Shown in pieces: positions 38,092-44,762 of a stretch of 44,762 bases of DNA; within the stretch, counting starts at the first letter, position 1, and every line of letters starts with the position of its first letter. The stretch is from a virus (taxonomy: Duplodnaviria; Heunggongvirae; Uroviricota; Caudoviricetes). Under the pieces are notes generated by a model. The model was given only the letters and a program-made list of their open reading frames with translations, was not told where the DNA came from and did not search any database. A program made the position numbers and the translations under genes. The stretch is from the IMG/VR virus record IMGVR_UViG_2541047697_000005. One strand, written 5' to 3'.

Positions 38092-38305
38092 TGTTCAACC
38101 CCCCCGCCCGCTTCGTCTTACGATATTCGTCATAAACTTTGGGATCATACTGAAGCTCCCCGCCAGATGCCTCCTGTAGACGCATCGCGCGACCTTCGGG
38201 AACTAAATCCCCTTTCCAGCTATAAAGCGAAGCCAAACGAATACCTGCTGCTTGTGCAAGTTTTGTTTTTGAACCGAAATACAAAAGAGCGTCAGTTTTA
38301 AGCAT
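38075..38305 (-). CDS. dicC: Cro-like repressor DicC
   Basis: 76 aa MLKTDALLYFGSKTKLAQAAGIRLASLYSWKGDLVPEGRAMRLQEASGGELQYDPKVY..., divergent from dicA. Confidence 0.8.
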   Translation of the reverse strand: MLKTDALLYFGSKTKLAQAAGIRLASLYSWKGDLVPEGRAMRLQEASGGELQYDPKVYDEYRKTKRAGGLNNENHS

Positions 38306-38319
38306 TTAAAACACCTTGC

Positions 38320-38339
38320 TTGTTAGTCATGACTAACAA
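38320..38339. promoter_or_regulatory. Perfect 20-bp palindrome operator between dicC and dicA
   Basis: TTGTTAGTCATGACTAACAA; related half-sites recur at 38831-38889. Confidence 0.65.
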
Positions 38340-38388
38340 AATAGATGTTAACAAAAACATAGTCAATACGATTTAGCATTAGCTAACT

Positions 38389-38796
38389 ATGGATACAAAA
38401 AATTTAACCATCGGCGAACGCATTAGGTATCGTCGGAAAAACCTCAAACACACCCAAAGGTCTCTTGCTAAAGCCCTGAAAATCTCCCATGTGTCTGTAT
38501 CACAATGGGAACGGGATGATAGTGAACCTACAGGGAAGAACCTTTTTGCCCTCAGCAAAGTATTGCAATGCTCACCAACATGGATTCTATTTGGCGATGA
38601 AGACAAGCAACCAACACCACCCGTTGAGAAGCCGGTTGCCTTAGCCCCCAAAGAACTAGAGCTCCTTGAGCTGTTTAATGCACTGCCAGAATCAGAACAG
38701 GATACCCAGCTCGCCGAAATGCGAGCTCGAGTAAAAAATTTCAATAAACTCTTTGAAGAATTACTAAAAGCCCGTCAGCGGACAAATAAAAGATAA
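38389..38796 (+). CDS. dicA: cI-like repressor DicA (XRE-family HTH)
   Basis: 135 aa MDTKNLTIGERIRYRRKNLKHTQRSLAKALKISHVSVSQWERDDSEPTGKNLFALSKVLQCSPTWILFGD... Confidence 0.9.
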   Translation: MDTKNLTIGERIRYRRKNLKHTQRSLAKALKISHVSVSQWERDDSEPTGKNLFALSKVLQCSPTWILFGDEDKQPTPPVEKPVALAPKELELLELFNALPESEQDTQLAEMRARVKNFNKLFEELLKARQRTNKR

Positions 38797-38962
38797 CATC
38801 ATCAATGAGTTATCTTTTATTATATCAATTATGTTAGCCATAACATACAAAACCACTTGACCAATATGTTAGCCATGACTAATCTTGTTTACATCAACAC
38901 ACCGCACGGTGTTCTCAGCAAACAGTTCCGCCACCCCGGCGTTAAGGGGAAATGAGGTCAGC

Positions 38963-39118
38963 ATGGATACTATCGATCTTGGCAACAACGAATCTCTGGT
39001 ATGTGGCGTGTTCCCCAACCAGGACGGCACGTTCACCGCGATGACGTATACCAAAAGCAAAACGTTTAAAACCGAAAATGGTGCCCGTCGCTGGCTGGAA
39101 AGAAACTCAGGTGAGTGA
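38963..39118 (+). CDS. ydfA: Small protein YdfA-like
   Basis: 51 aa MDTIDLGNNESLVCGVFPNQDGTFTAMTYTKSKTFKTENGARRWLERNSGE. Confidence 0.7.
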   Translation: MDTIDLGNNESLVCGVFPNQDGTFTAMTYTKSKTFKTENGARRWLERNSGE

Positions 39119-39119
39119 T

Positions 39120-39695
39120 ATGGATTTCGACACAATCATGGAAAAGGCTTACGAAGAATACTTCGAAGGCCTTGCCGAAGGCGAAGAAGCTCTCAGCTTC
39201 AGTGAGTTTAAACAGGCACTCAGAATAAGAATGTGCTCTCACAATGACGCGGAACACAAATATGAGAAGCAAAATCAGACCGCAGAAAATTTTGTTCTGG
39301 AACCCGGAGAAACGCTTTTCAAAATTCCCGTTACGTGCCCCATTTGCGGTTTTACATCAGAAGAACTTGACGACTCCTGTAACAATCAGGAAACAACCAA
39401 GTATGTCGAAGATGATACCGAGTGCGCACGAAGAACGATTATAGCCACGAGTCCAAACTCCAGGACCAATAAATCTCACTTTGAGAGGGTGATTAATCCA
39501 CTCCCCCAAACCAATAAAAAAGATGCCGGAGGACAAAAAACCCAATGGAACAACGGGATATCTGTCAAAAAAAGACGTTCCATTAAAGACAAACAACGCA
39601 GCGCCAACAACTGTAAGCGCTTTATACCAGTAATCAATTTTCATGTTCTTAAGCGGATTTATTGGTGGTTGCGACATTGCTTAATGAATCCTTAA
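39120..39695 (+). CDS. YdfB/YdfC-like protein (single 191-aa ORF here)
   Basis: Starts MDFDTIMEKAYEEYFEGLAEGEE, ATG 1 nt after ydfA stop; contains CPICGF motif; a minus-strand membrane-like ORF (39357-39677) overlaps. Confidence 0.5.
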   Translation: MDFDTIMEKAYEEYFEGLAEGEEALSFSEFKQALRIRMCSHNDAEHKYEKQNQTAENFVLEPGETLFKIPVTCPICGFTSEELDDSCNNQETTKYVEDDTECARRTIIATSPNSRTNKSHFERVINPLPQTNKKDAGGQKTQWNNGISVKKRRSIKDKQRSANNCKRFIPVINFHVLKRIYWWLRHCLMNP

Positions 39696-39954
39696 AACTG
39701 TGGTGATTTTAAGGATACCACCTCGCCTGACGTGGTTAAAAGCAGGCACACAACACGAAAGCGCACGGCGAAGTTCGTCTCACTGTACGGTGTCGTTAAA
39801 TTTAATTCGACCGTGCGCTTCCGGTTGTGGCAACCCGCGAAATGGCGCGGCGGTAAGTATGGCGGGGTTATTCCTTCCCCGTAGAGGACACCGAGTTGTC
39901 AGGTTGACCATACGCTTAAGTGACAACCCCGCTGCAACGCCCTCTGTTATCAAT

Positions 39955-40010
39955 TTTCTGGTGACGTTTGGCGGTATCAGTTTTACTCCGTGACTGCTCT
40001 GCCGCCGTTT
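39955..40010 (+). ncRNA. dicF: DicF small RNA
   Basis: TTTCTGGTGACGTTTGGCGGTATCAGTTTTACTCCGTGACTGCTCTGCCGCC followed by GTTTTT matches DicF as I recall it; terminator-like hairpin; located between ydfB/C and dicB. Confidence 0.85.
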
Positions 40011-40181
40011 TTAAAGTGAGTTTTGTGATGCGGTGAATGCGGCTAAGCGCACGCGGAACAGTTAAAACCAAAAACAGTGTTATGGGTGGATTCTCTGTAT
40101 CCGGCGTTAATTGTTAACTGGTTAACGTCACCTGGAGGCACCAGGCACTGCATCACAAAATTCATTGTTGAGGACGCGATA

Positions 40182-40370
40182 ATGAAAACGTTATTACCAA
40201 ACGTTAATACGTCTGAAGGTTGTTTTGAAATTGGTGTCACTATCAGTAACCCTGTATTTACTGAAGATGCCATTAACAAGAGAAAACAAGAACGGGAGCT
40301 ATTAAATAAAATATGCATTGTTTCAATGCTGGCTCGTTTACGTCTGATGCCAAAAGGATGTGCACAATGA
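40182..40370 (+). CDS. dicB: Cell division inhibitor DicB
   Basis: 62 aa MKTLLPNVNTSEGCFEIGVTISNPVFTEDAINKRKQERELLNKICIVSMLARLRLMPKGCAQ; GAGGACG RBS. Confidence 0.9.
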   Translation: MKTLLPNVNTSEGCFEIGVTISNPVFTEDAINKRKQERELLNKICIVSMLARLRLMPKGCAQ

Positions 40371-40558
40371 ATTCAGCATTTGCGCTTGTTCTGACAGTTT
40401 TTCTTGTTTCCGGAGAGCCAGTTGATATTGCAGTCAGTGTTCACAGGACAATGCAGGAGTGTATGACTGCAGCAACCGAACAGAAAATTCCCGGTAACTG
40501 TTACCCGGTCGATAAAGTTATTCACCAGGATAATATCGAAATCCCGGCAGGTCTTTAA
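40367..40558 (+). CDS. ydfD: YdfD-like protein
   Basis: 63 aa MNSAFALVLTVFLVSGEPVDIAVSVHRTMQECMTAATEQKIPGNCYPVDKVIHQDNIEIPAGL; ATGA overlap with dicB stop. Confidence 0.75.
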   Translation: MNSAFALVLTVFLVSGEPVDIAVSVHRTMQECMTAATEQKIPGNCYPVDKVIHQDNIEIPAGL

Positions 40559-40651
40559 AACAGTTCCGTAATAAATATCCGGTTTCATTCTTATATGCCA
40601 GCAATGGCAGGGATTTGTTCATCCTTAAATCTGTCATGAGGTTAAAACAAA

Positions 40652-43123
40652 ATGAGTAAAGTCTTTATTTGCGCCGCTATTCCTGACGAACTGGCAACAA
40701 GGGAAGAAGGCGCTGTGGCTGTAGCCACAGCCATTGAAGCTGGCGACGAACGCCGTGCTCGAGCAAAATTTCAATGGCAGTTCCTGGAACATTATCCGGC
40801 TGCTCAGGACTGCGCTTATAAATTTATTGTCTGCGAGGATAAACCTGGCATACCCCGCCCTGCCCTCGATTCATGGGATGCTGAATATATGCAGGAAAAC
40901 CGCTGGGATGAGGAGTCTGCTTCTTTTGTCCCGGTTGAGACTGAATCCGATCCGATGAACGTCACTTTTGACAAGCTGGCCCCTGAAGTACAGAACGCTG
41001 TCATGGTTAAGTTCGACACATGTGAAAACATCACCGTTGATATGGTTATTAGCGCACAGGAATTGTTGCAGGAAGACATGGCAACATTCGACGGACATAT
41101 CGTTGAAGCGTTGATGAAAATGCCAGAAGTTAACGCCATGTATCCGGAGCTTAAGTTGCACGCCATTGGGTGGGTTAAGCATAAATGTATTCCTGGTGCT
41201 AAATGGCCCGAAATTCAGGCAGAGATGCGCATCTGGAAAAAACGTCGCGAAGGTGAACGCAAGGAAACCGGAAAATACACGTCTGTTGTTGATCTCGCCC
41301 GCGCCAGAGCCAATCAACAGTACACTGAAAATTCAACAGGAAAAATCAGCCCGGTCATTGCTGCCATTCATCGCGAATACAAGCAGACATGGAAAACACT
41401 GGATGACGAACTGGCCTACGCTCTCTGGCCTGGTGATGTGGATGCCGGAAACATTGACGGCAGCATCCATCGCTGGGCAAAAAAAGAAGTTATCGACAAC
41501 GACCGCGAAGACTGGAAGCGTATCTCGGCATCAATGCGCAAACAGCCTGATGCCCTTCGCTACGACCGCCAGACTATTTTTGGCCTTGTCCGTGAGCGTC
41601 CGATCGACATTCACAAAGATCCCATAGCACTGAACAAATATATCTGCGAATACCTGACGACAAAGGGCGTGTTTGAGAATGAAGAAACAGACCTGGGCAC
41701 TGTTGATGTTCTCCAGTCATCAGAAACACAAACTGATGCAGTGGAAACTGAGGTATCTGATATCCCAAAAAATGAAACCGCGCCGGAAGCTGAACCATCT
41801 GTAGAGCGTGAGGGGCCGTTCTATTTCCTCTTCGCAGATAAGGACGGAGAAAAATACGGTCGCGCAAACAAACTTTCTGGTCTGGATAAGGCACTGGCTG
41901 CTGGCGCCACTGAAATCACAAAAGAAGAATATTTTGCCCGAAAAAATGGCACATACACGGGCTTACCGCAAAATGTAGATACCGCTGAAGATTCAGAACA
42001 ACCAGAGCCGATAAAAGTTACCGCTGACGAAGTAAACAAAATTATGCAGGCAGCCAATATCAGCCAGCCTGACGCCGATAAGTTGCTTGCTGCATCACGT
42101 GGTGAATTTGTTGAAGGGATTAGTGACCCGAATGATCCGAAATGGGTTAAGGGGATCCAGACCCGCGATTCTGTGAACCAGAACCAGCATGAATCGGAAC
42201 GGAACTACCAAAAAGCGGAACAAAACAGCACAAATGCGTTACAAAACGAGCCAGAAACGAAACAGCCTGAACCAGTGGCGCAACAGGAAGTGGAAAAAGT
42301 CTGCACCGCCTGCGGTCAGACCGGCGGCGGCAACTGCCCTGATTGTGGCGCGGTGATGGGCGACGCAACATACCAAGAAACATTCGATGAAGAGTATCAG
42401 GTTGAAGTTCAGGAAGATGATCCGGAGGAAATGGAAGGCGCTGAACATCCACACAAGGAGAACACTGGCGGCAATCAGCATCACAATAGCGATAATGAAA
42501 CTGGCGAGACGGCAGATCACTCAATTAAGGTGAACGGTCATCACGAAATCACATCCACCAGCAGGACGTGTGACCATCTAATGATCGACCTTGAAACCAT
42601 GGGAAAAAATCCTGATGCCCCGATCATCTCAATAGGTGCAATATTTTTCGATCCGCAAACCGGAGATATGGGACCGGAATTTAGTAAGACTATCGATCTG
42701 GAAACTGCTGGCGGAGTCATTGATCGGGACACCATTAAATGGTGGCTTAAGCAATCACGCGAAGCGCAATCTGCCATTATGACCGATGAAATCCCGTTAG
42801 ATGATGCACTGTTACAATTGCGGGAATTTATCGACGAAAACTCCGGTGAATTTTTTGTTCAGGTTTGGGGAAATGGAGCCAACTTCGACAACACGATTTT
42901 GCGCCGTTCATACGAACGGCAGGGGATCCCCTGCCCGTGGCGTTACTACAACGATCGCGATGTACGCACAATCGTTGAGCTGGGGAAAGCCATAGACTTC
43001 GATGCCAGAACGGCTATTCCATTCGAAGGTGAGCGCCATAATGCACTTGATGACGCCCGTTACCAGGCAAAATACGTTTCAGTTATCTGGCAAAAACTGA
43101 TCCCGAGTCAGGCTGATTCTTAA
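40652..43123 (+). CDS. Large phage exonuclease with C-terminal DEDDh 3'-5' exonuclease domain
   Basis: 823 aa; C-terminal motifs MIDLETMG, WGNGANFD, HNALDDA; central CTACG...CPDCG zinc-ribbon-like motif; acidic linker. Confidence 0.65.
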   Translation: MSKVFICAAIPDELATREEGAVAVATAIEAGDERRARAKFQWQFLEHYPAAQDCAYKFIVCEDKPGIPRPALDSWDAEYMQENRWDEESASFVPVETESDPMNVTFDKLAPEVQNAVMVKFDTCENITVDMVISAQELLQEDMATFDGHIVEALMKMPEVNAMYPELKLHAIGWVKHKCIPGAKWPEIQAEMRIWKKRREGERKETGKYTSVVDLARARANQQYTENSTGKISPVIAAIHREYKQTWKTLDDELAYALWPGDVDAGNIDGSIHRWAKKEVIDNDREDWKRISASMRKQPDALRYDRQTIFGLVRERPIDIHKDPIALNKYICEYLTTKGVFENEETDLGTVDVLQSSETQTDAVETEVSDIPKNETAPEAEPSVEREGPFYFLFADKDGEKYGRANKLSGLDKALAAGATEITKEEYFARKNGTYTGLPQNVDTAEDSEQPEPIKVTADEVNKIMQAANISQPDADKLLAASRGEFVEGISDPNDPKWVKGIQTRDSVNQNQHESERNYQKAEQNSTNALQNEPETKQPEPVAQQEVEKVCTACGQTGGGNCPDCGAVMGDATYQETFDEEYQVEVQEDDPEEMEGAEHPHKENTGGNQHHNSDNETGETADHSIKVNGHHEITSTSRTCDHLMIDLETMGKNPDAPIISIGAIFFDPQTGDMGPEFSKTIDLETAGGVIDRDTIKWWLKQSREAQSAIMTDEIPLDDALLQLREFIDENSGEFFVQVWGNGANFDNTILRRSYERQGIPCPWRYYNDRDVRTIVELGKAIDFDARTAIPFEGERHNALDDARYQAKYVSVIWQKLIPSQADS

Positions 43124-43195
43124 TGTTCAACTGTCGCCGGTTGTGACTGGTATTCTGCAACCGGCGCTCGTCTGATGTAAGAGATAAAGAAATCG

Positions 43196-43447
43196 ATGAG
43201 CGAAGTAATCATGATTGTCTCTCCCGGCAAATGGGTATCCGAAGAGCAGTTAATTGCGCTGAAAGGAATAAAAAAAGGTACGTTAAAAAAGGCCCGGGAA
43301 AAATCGTTTATGGAAGGAAGGGAATATAAGCATGTCGCTCATGACGGTATGCCATGGGATAACAGTCCATGCTTTTACAACCTGGAAGAAATTGATCGCT
43401 GGATTGAGCGCCAGGCATCAGCGAGACCAAGACGTCATCTTACTTGA
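43196..43447 (+). CDS. Excisionase-like protein
   Basis: 83-aa ORF immediately upstream of the integrase. Confidence 0.55.
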   Translation: MSEVIMIVSPGKWVSEEQLIALKGIKKGTLKKAREKSFMEGREYKHVAHDGMPWDNSPCFYNLEEIDRWIERQASARPRRHLT

Positions 43448-43466
43448 CTAAAAGCCACACTAACTA

Positions 43467-44762
43467 ATGAGAGAAGTTGAAATGAAATATCCGACAGGCG
43501 TGGAAAACCATGGAGGGAAATTACGTATCTGGTTTGTTTATAAAGGCGTAAGAGTCAGGGAAAATCTGGGGGTTCCTGACACAGCAAAAAACAGGCGCGT
43601 TGCAGGTGAACTACGCTCCTCTGTTTGTTACGCAATAAAAACTGGTGTTTTCGACTATGCAAAACAGTTTCCCTCCTCACGCAATCTGGAAAAATTTGGT
43701 GAGGCCCGACAAGATTTAACCATAAAAGAACTGGCTGAAAAATTTCTGGCACTGAAAGAAACTGAAGTCGCCAAAACATCACTCAACACATACCGTGCCG
43801 TCATCAAAAATATCCTGAGCATAATCGGTGAAAAAAATCTTGCCTCATCGATTAATAAAGAAAAATTACTGGAGGTTCGTAAAGAGCTACTGACTGGATA
43901 CCAGATCCCCAAAAGTAACTATATTGTTACACAACCAGGGAGATCGGCTGTAACTGTAAATAATTACATGACAAATCTTAACGCCGTGTTCCAGTTTGGT
44001 GTTGATAACGGTTACCTGGCAGATAATCCGTTTAAGGGGATCTCGCCATTAAAGGAATCAAGAACCATTCCGGATCCTCTTTCGCGGGAGGAATTTATCC
44101 GTCTTATCGATGCGTGCAGAAATCAGCAAGCAAAAAATTTATGGTGTGTTTCTGTTTATACTGGCGTTCGCCCTGGTGAGCTGTGTGCACTTGGATGGGA
44201 GGACATAGATCTGAAAAATGGAACAATGATGATCAGGAGAAATTTAGCAAAAGACCGTTTCACGGTACCAAAAACACAGGCGGGAACCAATCGGGTCATT
44301 CATCTTATTAAGCCAGCAATCGACGCTCTCCGGAGTCAGATGACATTAACGAGACTGAGCAAAGAGCATATCATTGATGTTCACCTCAGAGAGTATGGCA
44401 GAACAGAAAAACAAAAATGCACCTTTGTTTTTCAACCTGAAGTGTCAGCGAGAGTAAAAAATTATGGTGACCATTTTACCGTTGACTCAATAAGGCAGAT
44501 GTGGGACGCAGCGATAAAACGTGCCGGACTCCGCCATCGAAAATCATATCAGTCGAGACATACTTATGCCTGCTGGTCGCTGACAGCTGGTGCTAACCCG
44601 GCATTTATAGCAAACCAGATGGGCCATGCAGATGCGCAAATGGTATTTCAGGTATACGGAAAATGGATGTCTGAAAACAATAATGCACAGGTAGCTTTGT
44701 TAAATACACAGTTAAGCGAGTTTGCCCCAACCATGCCCCATAACGAAGCAATGAAAAATTAA
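43467..44762 (+). CDS. Tyrosine integrase of the prophage (lambda-like)
   Basis: 431 aa; C-terminal catalytic region with conserved R...H..R...Y pattern (VRPGELCALGWEDIDL...HTYACWSL...QMGHAD...VYGKWM); stop at window end. Confidence 0.85.
   Translation: MREVEMKYPTGVENHGGKLRIWFVYKGVRVRENLGVPDTAKNRRVAGELRSSVCYAIKTGVFDYAKQFPSSRNLEKFGEARQDLTIKELAEKFLALKETEVAKTSLNTYRAVIKNILSIIGEKNLASSINKEKLLEVRKELLTGYQIPKSNYIVTQPGRSAVTVNNYMTNLNAVFQFGVDNGYLADNPFKGISPLKESRTIPDPLSREEFIRLIDACRNQQAKNLWCVSVYTGVRPGELCALGWEDIDLKNGTMMIRRNLAKDRFTVPKTQAGTNRVIHLIKPAIDALRSQMTLTRLSKEHIIDVHLREYGRTEKQKCTFVFQPEVSARVKNYGDHFTVDSIRQMWDAAIKRAGLRHRKSYQSRHTYACWSLTAGANPAFIANQMGHADAQMVFQVYGKWMSENNNAQVALLNTQLSEFAPTMPHNEAMKN

Noticed and set aside
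39357-39677. Minus-strand 106-aa membrane-like ORF
   Set aside because: Antisense to the ydfB/C-like ORF in a plus-strand operon (dicA-ydfA-dicF-dicB); kept as an alternative but the plus-strand gene fits the operon; cannot be resolved without expression data.

Overview
The window is almost entirely one lambdoid prophage of the Escherichia Qin/DicA-DicB type. The prophage terminase large-subunit gene is split in two by a ~10.7 kb integrative satellite-like element (about 12016-22736), which is the main finding. Reading right to left, the prophage runs: integrase, excisionase, large exonuclease, ydfD/dicB/dicF/ydfA/dicA on the plus strand; then on the minus strand dicC, replication genes, an AT-rich AvcD-like deaminase defence gene, hok, antiterminator Q, cold-shock genes interleaved with a holin/lysozyme/Rz-Rz1 lysis cassette, cos, terS, terL, W, portal, a ClpP-protease/major-capsid fusion, FII, Z, U, V, G/T, H, M and L (L runs off the window start). 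The inserted element is bounded by a 7-bp direct repeat (CATCCAG) and carries a P4/CP4-57-type integrase, AlpA, a Bro-N protein, a primase-helicase with an iteron origin, SSB, its own Nu1-like small terminase, its own protease-capsid fusion gene and two extra lambda-like cos sites, but no portal, terL or tail genes. Joining the two terL halves at the repeat gives an in-frame gene, so precise excision should restore terL. All calls are from reading the sequence and ORF translations against remembered protein families; no database search or computation was run, and identity estimates are by eye.
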